32,000 nucleotides of DNA, taken from positions 420,001 through 452,000 of the forward strand of contig CP008936.1 of the NCBI GenBank assembly GCA_000743035.1. The letters are read 5' to 3'. Shown piece after piece: positions 7,434-14,594 of this stretch. A program made the position numbers and the translations under genes. Within the stretch, counting starts at the first letter, position 1, and every line of letters begins with the position of its first letter. Origin of the DNA: Candidatus Paracaedimonas acanthamoebae. GTDB lineage: Bacteria > Pseudomonadota > Alphaproteobacteria > Caedimonadales > Caedimonadaceae. The notes under the pieces are model-generated. The model was not told where the DNA came from. It saw only the letters and a program-made list of their open reading frames with translations, and did no database searches.

Positions 7434-9062
7434 CTAATTGTTTTGTGGTTCTTGAGTATTTGGTGGTTGTGGTGGAGGATCATGCAAAGCCTCAGGTCTA
7501 TCAGAATTATATGGGTTTCTGAGAAGTGGAAGATCATCCGGAGAAACCGATTGAGTCGAAGTATGCTCCTGAATTGTCTTAGGCTTGTTTTCGGCGGTTA
7601 CACCAGGCTTAGAGTCAACACTAACGTATACAAATCTAAGTTCACGCCCTAAAGCAGTTTCTAAAGCTTGTTTGATAGGGATGCTAAAGAGGTTTTTACT
7701 CACATAACTTTGAATGTAATGGTGTGGTGCTAAAAGTTCGATGCAATCTTGATGAATTTGATGGATATCAAGGACAGAGATAAAACTCTTGAAAATAGAA
7801 AATTCAATCTTTTTGAAGAGGAGTTGGCCTGCTTGAAGCCAGAGGGGGTGTTTGTTTGAGTTTTTAAATTCAAGAAGCAAAGCTTCTCTCTCTTCCATAG
7901 TAGGTTCTGCTGAAGGGCTTGTGGTATTGCGATCTCCAATGCCATAGCTGTTTCCTTCAAAAATCTTGATAGCATGGTCTTTCATCATCACCCAATCCAG
8001 TGTTGCTTTAAAATCGGATGTTTGAGCTTCGCCCATCAAGAACTTAGAACGTGTAATATTTTGGCAGACTTTCTCCCAGTTCTCGAGTTTCCCTTGAAGT
8101 TGAGAATGAAGAACATGCTTGAGACGGCCAATGCGCTCAGGATGAGGTAAAAGTTCTTGCCCTCTCAAAACAAGCTTTGAAAAGATCTCAAGCATTTTTA
8201 ATCCTTCTACTCTCTCATTTTTGGATGGCTTTTGAGGTGGGGTGATTGCAGGTTTAGGGAGAGAGATTAGAGAGAGGGTTTTATTAGTAATCTCTGTATT
8301 AGTAATCTTTGTATCTATATATGAAGTTTCACTGTGCAACTTGCATGTTTCATGGGGGAACATCGATGTTTCATCTTGCAACATGGATGCTTCATGGTGA
8401 GAATTGCTGTTTTCTGCGGACTTTAATGACAATGGTGGTATTTCCATATGAGAAACTAGGGTTTTCTTTTGCAACATGCATGTTTCACCATGAGAAATCG
8501 AGGTCTCACCATAAAACTTGGATGCCTGATTTCGCAACATGGGCTCTTGTTCATGAGCTGACAAATCAGAATGTTCGTCAGATACCTCAGAACGTAATTT
8601 AGGAGGCATCCCCTCTTTTTCCCCTGATTTTAAGAGAATGAGATCAATTTTATAATTATCTAAGACATAGCCTAAGCTTAATAAGTCAGATTGAAGCTTG
8701 GTAAGGTTAACGCGATATTCATAAGTTTGATCAAACGTAGAAGTCTTGCGATGGCGCCTTTCAAGCCAACCATGCTCAACAAATGAGGTTAACATCCTAG
8801 CAATTGTCGACTTGCTTGTTCCTAACATGCATTCATCATTAAAGGCTTCATAAGACTTATAGAACCATCCGTGGCGATAAGGAACATTACAATTGGGATT
8901 ATTTTCGTATTCTTCTGTTAAGAAGAGATCATAATCTTGTGTCCTTTCCATCCAGTAGACACATTGATTAAGAAGGAGAGCCGCTCTGAGGTCCTTTGTA
9001 AGACTTATGTACTCTTCGCACACAAGGCAACGTTTAGTACGACGATTGTACCCTTTGAACAT
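7434..9062 (-). CDS. Winged-helix DNA-binding protein, replication-initiator/replisome-organizer-like (function tentative)
   Basis: 542 aa. The N-terminal approximately 130 aa (LLLNQCVYWMERTQ...GTSKSTIARMLTSFVEHGWLERR) looks like a wHTH Rep or DnaD-type N-domain. A central degenerate H-E-T-[SC]-M-L repeat follows. The C-terminal block FLMGEAQTSDFKATLDWVM is present. I recognise no close family with certainty. Confidence 0.4.
   Translation of the reverse strand: MFKGYNRRTKRCLVCEEYISLTKDLRAALLLNQCVYWMERTQDYDLFLTEEYENNPNCNVPYRHGWFYKSYEAFNDECMLGTSKSTIARMLTSFVEHGWLERRHRKTSTFDQTYEYRVNLTKLQSDLLSLGYVLDNYKIDLILLKSGEKEGMPPKLRSEVSDEHSDLSAHEQEPMLRNQASKFYGETSISHGETCMLQKKTLVSHMEIPPLSLKSAENSNSHHEASMLQDETSMFPHETCKLHSETSYIDTKITNTEITNKTLSLISLPKPAITPPQKPSKNERVEGLKMLEIFSKLVLRGQELLPHPERIGRLKHVLHSQLQGKLENWEKVCQNITRSKFLMGEAQTSDFKATLDWVMMKDHAIKIFEGNSYGIGDRNTTSPSAEPTMEEREALLLEFKNSNKHPLWLQAGQLLFKKIEFSIFKSFISVLDIHQIHQDCIELLAPHHYIQSYVSKNLFSIPIKQALETALGRELRFVYVSVDSKPGVTAENKPKTIQEHTSTQSVSPDDLPLLRNPYNSDRPEALHDPPPQPPNTQEPQNN
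8334..8487. repeat. Iteron-like 18-mers TGCAAC(A/T)TG(C/G)ATG(T/C)TTCA inside the Rep-like gene
   Basis: Copies lie at 8334-8351, 8377-8394 and 8470-8487. The last contains the perfect 12-bp palindrome AACATGCATGTT. A weaker fourth copy lies near 8533. A 15-bp direct repeat ATTAGTAATCT(C/T)TGTA lies at 8283-8312. Confidence 0.5.
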
Positions 9063-9123
9063 ATGGCTCTCTTTATAATCTTTATTATTTTTAAAATCGG
9101 TAAAATCTTTGAAGATGGTGATC

Positions 9124-9375
9124 CTATGATTTACATACTTTTAAATAAGGAATTTGATCAGATTCTTGCTTGAGTTTTTCATCAAGAATTTGAGCAGTAC
9201 TGTGTCTTACTTTTTGTTTTTCAAACTCTTCAATATCCTCCAAACGATATAAAATGCTTCGATTAATTTTAAGGTATTTTGGTCCTCGACCATTCCATCG
9301 CCATTGTCCAAGGGTATTAGGCTCAAGGTTCCATCTTTTGGCTAAATCTTGAGGTGTGAGTAATATATCTTTCAT
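9124..9375 (-). CDS. AlpA/excisionase-family (MerR-like) HTH DNA-binding protein
   Basis: ORF 9124..9426. I prefer ATG 9375, which is preceded by AGGAG. The sequence MKDILLTPQDLAKRWNLEPNTLGQWRWNGRGPKYLKINRSILYRLEDIEEFE fits the Xis/AlpA HTH_17-type pattern. Confidence 0.7.
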   Translation of the reverse strand: MKDILLTPQDLAKRWNLEPNTLGQWRWNGRGPKYLKINRSILYRLEDIEEFEKQKVRHSTAQILDEKLKQESDQIPYLKVCKS

Positions 9376-9575
9376 TGGATTTAATCTCCTAGTTAGGGGG
9401 TTAGAGAGAGAAGATATCCTCAGCAATAATAAATGTCAATAAATTAGTAATATTATTAATATATATTAAAAATTAGGTAATGTGTATTTACATATTGATT
9501 GATAGATTAACATATGCCTATATAGATTGTGTGACATAAAAAAAATAATAATTATTTTCTTGGGAGCTATTAGAA
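9376..9575. promoter_or_regulatory. AT-rich divergent promoter/operator region between the leftward (xis-like, rep-like, tra) operon and the cI-like repressor gene
   Basis: 200 bp that is more than 80% A+T. It contains the palindrome TAATATTA, the near-palindrome AATGTGTATTTACATATT and two ATAGATT direct repeats about 21 bp apart. Confidence 0.5.
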
Positions 9576-10217
9576 ATGAGTACAACACAACCGAATAAAG
9601 AAGCTGCTTTACGATTAAAGCATGCAAGAAGTCTTACAGGATTTGCGCGTACCGTCTTTTGTAAAAAGCATAATATGAGCAGTAATACAATGGCGGCATG
9701 GGAGAATGGAACAACATATTTCTCCGAAGAAGCTGTAAAAAAGATCTCTAGATACCTTCAGCAAGATGGTATCGAGGTAAGTCCTGAATGGATTATGGAA
9801 GGTAAAGGATCAGAGCCTTTTGCTGTAGATATGAGAGGAATTCATAAAACCCATTTCATACGATCAAGTCTGGCAGATGAGGAAGAGTTTATCTGGAGAA
9901 CAACAACTTCCTACAAGGAATTTTATAAAGATTGCTTAGTCCTCATCATGGTTGATGATACAGCACTTCCCTTTTATAGGCCAGGTGATCATATAGCAGG
10001 GAAAATTATTACTTTAGATCAACTTCTTTTTATTGAAGAGGAACCATTAATCGTTGAACTTGAAAACGGAAGTTTAATGCTGCGTTATGTGGAAAAAACA
10101 TCAAAACCTGGCTTCTATCATTTAAAATCAATTAATCAGAATACATTAATGGGTGCACAAATTAAAAATGTGAAAATTAAACGAGCTGCTAGAATTAATT
10201 TAACTTTTAGAAGATAA
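9576..10217 (+). CDS. cI/SetR-like repressor: XRE-type HTH plus an S24 (LexA-like) C-terminal domain with an altered catalytic dyad
   Basis: 213 aa. The HTH is LKHARSLTGFARTVFCKKHNMSSNTMAAWENG. The C-terminal MVDDTALPFYRPGDHIAG aligns with the G-D-S-M-x-P...GD motif, with Thr in place of Ser. LMLRYVEK aligns with the VKRL Lys region, with Arg in place of Lys. Confidence 0.7.
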   Translation: MSTTQPNKEAALRLKHARSLTGFARTVFCKKHNMSSNTMAAWENGTTYFSEEAVKKISRYLQQDGIEVSPEWIMEGKGSEPFAVDMRGIHKTHFIRSSLADEEEFIWRTTTSYKEFYKDCLVLIMVDDTALPFYRPGDHIAGKIITLDQLLFIEEEPLIVELENGSLMLRYVEKTSKPGFYHLKSINQNTLMGAQIKNVKIKRAARINLTFRR

Positions 10218-10239
10218 GTCAAATCAGTCTCGAAAAAGA

Positions 10240-10261
10240 TTTTTAAAAGATCTTTTAAAAA
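10240..10261. promoter_or_regulatory. Perfect 22-bp palindrome, candidate operator of the TA operon
   Basis: TTTTTAAAAGATCTTTTAAAAA is checked base by base as self-complementary. It lies 34-50 bp upstream of the antitoxin start. Confidence 0.4.
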
Positions 10262-10294
10262 ATTCTAAAATGGTTTATTATGATCTTATAGTCA

Positions 10295-10558
10295 ATGGAT
10301 AGGCGAGAAATGACACACCCCATATATTCAAATCTTACAGCAAGCATCAGTGATCTGAAGAAAAACCCTATGGGAACTGTTACCAGCAGTCATGGAGAAC
10401 CTTTAGCGATTTTGAATCGAAATGAACCTGTATTTTACTGTATCCCAGCAAAGACATATGAACGTATTATCGAAGCTTTAGAAGATTTTGAATTAATAGA
10501 AATTGTTAAAACTCGTATGAATGAACGTGAAATCTCTGTTGATTTAGATGACCTATAA
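10295..10558 (+). CDS. Phd/YefM (StbD-like) type II antitoxin
   Basis: 87 aa; the real start may be the Met at 10310. The sequence ASISDLKKNPMGTVTSSHGEPLAILNRNEPVFYCIPAKTYERIIEALED is the classic Phd/YefM N-domain. It overlaps the toxin gene by 11 nt. Confidence 0.8.
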   Translation: MDRREMTHPIYSNLTASISDLKKNPMGTVTSSHGEPLAILNRNEPVFYCIPAKTYERIIEALEDFELIEIVKTRMNEREISVDLDDL

Positions 10559-10832
10559 ATTAACTTTTCTAGAATCTGCGAAGAAAGAGTGGGATAAGCT
10601 GTCTCCAGATTTACAGCAATTCTTTAAATCTAAATTGTCCAAAATACTTGAGCAACCTCATATTCCTAAAAATAAACTTATCAATATGCCGGGCTGTTAT
10701 AAAATTAAGCTACGAACAGTGGGGTATCGACTTGTTTATCGTGTATACGATGAGCGTGTTGTTGTTCAAGTAATTGCTATTGGTAAGAGGGACAAGAATT
10801 TAATCTATCGGATGGCTTTAAGTCGGCTTTGA
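10548..10832 (+). CDS. relE: RelE/StbE-family type II toxin (mRNA interferase)
   Basis: 94 aa. The sequence YKLTFLESAKKEWDKLSPDLQQFFKSKLSKILEQPHIP...CYKIKLRTVGYRLVYRVYDERVVVQVIAIGKRDKNLIY matches the RelE/StbE consensus. Confidence 0.85.
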   Translation: MTYKLTFLESAKKEWDKLSPDLQQFFKSKLSKILEQPHIPKNKLINMPGCYKIKLRTVGYRLVYRVYDERVVVQVIAIGKRDKNLIYRMALSRL

Positions 10833-10920
10833 TAGACGAGGAGGTGAACAAAAAAAGATTTTCAGGCGACCTTGCGGTTTTTTATTAACTTTCTTGAAAA
10901 CTTTTTAAACATCGTAAAAA

Positions 10921-11020
10921 GTAGATAATTCGGCTCAAACCGAACGGTGATTCCGGCCTAAACTGAACAACAAATCCCATTCAAACCGAATAATCTTCTA
11001 GTATAATCCGAATAAAGACT
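10921..11020. repeat. Cluster of CCGAA(C/T)-containing short repeats at the junction of the conjugation module and the cargo
   Basis: The run reads AATTCGGCTCAAACCGAAC, TAAACTGAAC, TCAAACCGAATAATC, TAATCCGAATAAAG. It includes a TTCGG/CCGAA inverted pair. Confidence 0.35.
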
Positions 11021-11123
11021 CTAAGATGAAATATAGGAATTTTTCAAGTATATTATTAACATTTATTTACACCTCAGAGAATTTTACGCGTAGAGCTAGC
11101 TTTTTTATATTGTAAAAAGCACG

Positions 11124-14100
11124 TTAGTTTAATGCACTTTTCAAAAGGTTCTTCATTTCTTCTGTCTTAGCTACTTCGTGTGGAAGTTTTTCACCATATA
11201 CAGCTCCAGAACCTATTTTATTTGGCTTAGCTCCATGTTTAAGTAAAAGTTGTGCTGCCTTAAGATCGCCATTGCGTTCAGATATATAATGACAAACACT
11301 GCCGTATTCATCTTCATCGTTCGGATTGGCGCCAGCCTTTAATAAAAGCTCTATAATATCTAAATGATCCTCTAAAGTATCTGCCGCAGCAAGAAGTGGA
11401 GTTCGATTCAAATTATCCCTTAAATGGACACTTGCTTTCTTATCCAATAGAAGTCTCACAAATTCAAGATCATTATATTTTGCTGCATAATGAAGAGCTG
11501 TACTGTTAGAGTTATCTATTGCATCTATCTCCGCTCCATTATCAAGTAAGTAACTAAATAGTTCAAGGTCTTGACTGTATTGAGCGGCAGAAATAAGAGC
11601 TGTTGCACCATCTAATGATTGATGTTTATTAACTTCAGCGCCAGCCTTTAATAAATGATAAACAATTTCAAATACTTTTTGTGAATCATTTGTTGATGCT
11701 GATTTTTCAATAGCTAAAACTAAAGGTAATTCTCCATCTGCATTTAACAAATTTGGGTTTCTTCCTCTTAGAGGATGTAAATATTTTGAATCAAACCAGG
11801 TTGGATCTAAATGAAGATGTAGTTTATCTGCTTTATCACCTCGAAATCGCGCCTGCATTCCGCGCAAAAGTTTCGCTACATCTTCATGATCATTGCTTAG
11901 AGCACTATCTTCAGGTGTATTTCCATAAAAATCATGTACATCTGGAATGGCACCCGCATCAAATAACATCATAATTAAATCTATTCGGGCGTCTTCAGCA
12001 GCTACGTGAATTGGATAAGTACCATTATCATCACACAAATTAGGATCAGCTCCATTTTTTAAAAATGCTCTTACAACAGGATCTTGATAGTTAGATGCCT
12101 GATTAACAGCATAAGCCAATGCAGAATGACTGTCTTGAGGATCTCGCGAATTAATATCAGCCCCTCTTGCAAGCAATTCTAAAAGACTGTCGGATGTAAT
12201 TGAAAGATCATCAATCTGCTTCCACATTTCTAGAGTTGCTTCATTAAGTGCAGTTGGCTGAGAGGGAGATAAAATGGGTAGTAAATTATGCACAAGAAGG
12301 TAAGAAACCTTTGCAAGTCCTCTAAAGTCTTTCCTCCATAAATCATGCACTGAAAAGTTTCTTCTTTCTCTTAGGTCATTGAATACACTTTCAAACATTT
12401 TTTTCTGTGGAAGACGCATTTTTATATAAAAATCTAAATCATGCCCCTCAACCATAGTATTAAAAGTTGAAAATATTTGCGTTATAAGATTTATGAGATA
12501 AGCATATGAGCTTCTATTCGTATGAATATCTTTGATGAGTTCAATACGGTTAGGATAACTACTTAAAAATACGCTTAATTCACCAATTTCCTTCGCTGCT
12601 TGATCTATAGTCACGGTCCGATCAGAAGATTTGGCTTGCGCTTTTTTTTCCTGTTTTACAATTTGCTTAACTATTTCATTTAAGTTTTCTGTCTCTGGGT
12701 CATTTAAAAGATACGTTGGATGATAGAAGTATCTTCTAAGCCATTGTACATATTTTAATCCGATATCTTGCCAATGAGCTTGAGCTAGAAGGTCATTATA
12801 ATTCTTAGGAACGTTTCCTGGTTGTGTTCCAAGCTCTTTTGGTCCAGTAAAGTCTTGTGATAAAATTTTATCAAGTTCTTTATCACATTTCTTATCACTT
12901 TGAAGTAAGTTCTGTAGAAGTTTTAGTCTATGAGTTAATGGGCCTCTTAATTTAAGCAAGTCTAAAGACAACCCTTTTAAAATTCTTGAACCTTGAGTTG
13001 GATCTTCTAATAGATCTTTAAATTTCTTTCTTTTGAAATCTAGGGGATGTTCAAAGACATTCCTTAGATATTTTATAGATGGAATAAACCTCAAGACATC
13101 TTGAGAGGCTTCTATCTCTAAAGGTGTTGAAACGTTGTTAAGAGCTTCTCCAGTAAGCGTAATCGTTTGAAACAACAAACGTCGAGCCCTTATATCTAAC
13201 CGCCAATCAACCCCTGTAACATTCATTTTTTCTAATTCAGTGAGATTTTCAAGCGCTTCAATTAAGCTCTCATATTCATAACAAACACCAACTAATCTTT
13301 CAATTTTCTCAGCGCTTGCTAACTTATTTGATTTTTTTAAATCCTCTACAAGCTTTTCTTCTTTTTGTTTAATTATTTTCTTAGCTTGTTCAATAGGTTC
13401 AAGAGGAGCATTGGAGGCTTGCATATAATTTTTCAAGCACTCCATAGAAAGTTTAAATTGATATTCATGAGTATACAATGTGCACTTTTTTATTTGGCGT
13501 AGCTCGTCTTGAATAGGATGTTTTGCTATACTTTTAAACAAATCGATCATTAAAGGATCCAGACTGCTGTTGGAAGAAGCAGAAGATCCCTCTTCGTTAG
13601 AATCATCATCATCTGAAAGACTTGAAGATTCATCATCCTCATCATCAATTGGGATAACAGCACTACTACTGGCTGCCACCGTTTGGTCGATTACACTTGA
13701 AAAAGTTTTTCTTGCAAGGTCATCAGGTAACCTGGTCATCATCTTGCGAATTGTTGCTTTTTCTTTTTCTACCTCTTCAATATCTTTGAGAATTTCTGGC
13801 AAAGAATTCAAAAGAGGTACAAATTTTTGTATAAAAGCTTCTCGAAATTGAGGAGACATTATTGATAGAGAAATAGCTCTATGTAAGTATGATAACTTTG
13901 ACCATATTGGAAGAAGCATAACGCTTCTGTCTCTTAAAGAGCGTTTAAGAACTGTCATCCCATCTGTTTGCCAACTAATATTTAAAAGTAAGTTATGAGG
14001 ATTTATTTTATCTTTATGTCGTAATAAATATCTAATATTTCTCAGGCGAATATAATCGACATGTTCTTTTGTAAACTCATCATAATCAATTTCGCTGCTC

Positions 14101-14309
14101 GACTGTTTTAAAGTTGTACTAGCGCTTCCTGAAGAAATATTTACAGATTGTAACGGTTCTATTGGTTCGGTAGGAAAAGCTGGTAAAAGAACGCTACTCT
14201 GGGAATTATGAGGGGGATTATCAGCTTCTGAAGGGCTAGCTAGTACTTGTTGACTAAGACTTCCTATGGCTGAAGATAACAACAGTACCTTATGAAAAAA
14301 TTTATACAT
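11124..14309 (-). CDS. Large exported ankyrin-repeat protein with a helical middle region carrying RNxxxH (HEPN-like) motifs
   Basis: ORF 11124..14369 starts at TTG. I prefer ATG 14309, which has a GGGGGAG RBS and gives the signal peptide MYKFFHKVLLLSSAIGSLSQQVLA/SP. An acidic Ser/Asp tract is present. About 9-10 ankyrin repeats occupy the last approximately 360 aa (for example GADINSRD, NGADPNLCDDNGTYPIHVAA, DGATALISAAQY, NSTALHYAAKYNDLEFVRLLL). Confidence 0.85.
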   Translation of the reverse strand: MYKFFHKVLLLSSAIGSLSQQVLASPSEADNPPHNSQSSVLLPAFPTEPIEPLQSVNISSGSASTTLKQSSSEIDYDEFTKEHVDYIRLRNIRYLLRHKDKINPHNLLLNISWQTDGMTVLKRSLRDRSVMLLPIWSKLSYLHRAISLSIMSPQFREAFIQKFVPLLNSLPEILKDIEEVEKEKATIRKMMTRLPDDLARKTFSSVIDQTVAASSSAVIPIDDEDDESSSLSDDDDSNEEGSSASSNSSLDPLMIDLFKSIAKHPIQDELRQIKKCTLYTHEYQFKLSMECLKNYMQASNAPLEPIEQAKKIIKQKEEKLVEDLKKSNKLASAEKIERLVGVCYEYESLIEALENLTELEKMNVTGVDWRLDIRARRLLFQTITLTGEALNNVSTPLEIEASQDVLRFIPSIKYLRNVFEHPLDFKRKKFKDLLEDPTQGSRILKGLSLDLLKLRGPLTHRLKLLQNLLQSDKKCDKELDKILSQDFTGPKELGTQPGNVPKNYNDLLAQAHWQDIGLKYVQWLRRYFYHPTYLLNDPETENLNEIVKQIVKQEKKAQAKSSDRTVTIDQAAKEIGELSVFLSSYPNRIELIKDIHTNRSSYAYLINLITQIFSTFNTMVEGHDLDFYIKMRLPQKKMFESVFNDLRERRNFSVHDLWRKDFRGLAKVSYLLVHNLLPILSPSQPTALNEATLEMWKQIDDLSITSDSLLELLARGADINSRDPQDSHSALAYAVNQASNYQDPVVRAFLKNGADPNLCDDNGTYPIHVAAEDARIDLIMMLFDAGAIPDVHDFYGNTPEDSALSNDHEDVAKLLRGMQARFRGDKADKLHLHLDPTWFDSKYLHPLRGRNPNLLNADGELPLVLAIEKSASTNDSQKVFEIVYHLLKAGAEVNKHQSLDGATALISAAQYSQDLELFSYLLDNGAEIDAIDNSNSTALHYAAKYNDLEFVRLLLDKKASVHLRDNLNRTPLLAAADTLEDHLDIIELLLKAGANPNDEDEYGSVCHYISERNGDLKAAQLLLKHGAKPNKIGSGAVYGEKLPHEVAKTEEMKNLLKSALN
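12345..13064 (-). other. Three R-x4-H motifs (HEPN-like) within the ankyrin protein
   Basis: RNVFEH lies at 13047-13064 (aa 436-441 in ORF-track numbering). RRYFYH lies at 12720-12737 (aa 545-550). RNFSVH lies at 12345-12362 (aa 670-675). Confidence 0.35.
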
Positions 14310-14385
14310 ACTTAAATATTCTCCCCCTAAATTGTTTTCTAGTGTTGAAATAATATTCGAACTTTTCAATTAATTTGGCAATATA

Positions 14386-14460
14386 CTATATACAGTGATC
14401 TCCAAGCTTTTCCCCAAAATCTTCAAAATTTTTTAGAATACAATCAATAGATTCTTTCAT
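14386..14460 (-). CDS. 24-aa small ORF (MKESIDCILKNFEDFGEKLGDHCI), candidate peptide or leader
   Basis: Hand translation. A canonical AGGAGG lies 5 nt upstream of the ATG. It sits downstream of the 407-aa gene on the same strand, after a hairpin. Confidence 0.35.
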   Translation of the reverse strand: MKESIDCILKNFEDFGEKLGDHCI

Positions 14461-14558
14461 GGCCGCCTCCTAAATAGCTAAACTATATCTGATCTTATGC
14501 AATTTTTAAATGAGGCAGCTCTGGCTTATTATCCGTTTGTTGAAGAAAGACTATAATC

Positions 14559-14588
14559 AGAGAGCTATAGATAGTTCTCTAGCTCTCT
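14559..14588 (-). terminator. Stem-loop directly after the stop of the 407-aa gene
   Basis: AGAGAGCTA (14559-14567) pairs with TAGCTCTCT (14580-14588). This is a 9-bp perfect stem with a 12-nt loop and only a weak T-rich tail. Confidence 0.35.
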
Positions 14589-14594
14589 TTTATT

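Larger units (their letters stand above)
1..10832. mobile_element. Segment of a conjugative element (ICE or plasmid): MPF-F transfer genes plus regulation/replication-like and toxin-antitoxin modules. Left boundary lies outside the window and the right boundary is approximate.
   Basis: Ten contiguous F-type transfer genes, an AlpA/Xis-like gene, a cI-like repressor and a RelE-family TA pair. Composition and gene content change after about 10.85 kb. Confidence 0.6.

Noticed and set aside
8309-8602. 97-aa plus-strand ORF with a repetitive His/Cys/Met-rich sequence, antisense to the Rep-like gene
   Set aside because: It is the antisense reading of the iteron-like repeat region. The long minus-strand ORF with an N-terminal wHTH is the better gene model. 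The repeat itself is reported as a finding.
10833-10900. Rho-independent terminator after relE (GGCGACCTTGCGGTTTTTT)
   Set aside because: The T-tract is present, but the preceding sequence forms at most a 2-3 bp stem, which is not a credible hairpin.
14310-14369. TTG start at 14369 for the ankyrin protein (as in the ORF track)
   Set aside because: The ATG at 14309 has a purine-rich RBS and yields a canonical signal peptide at the extreme N-terminus. The 20-aa extension has no such support.
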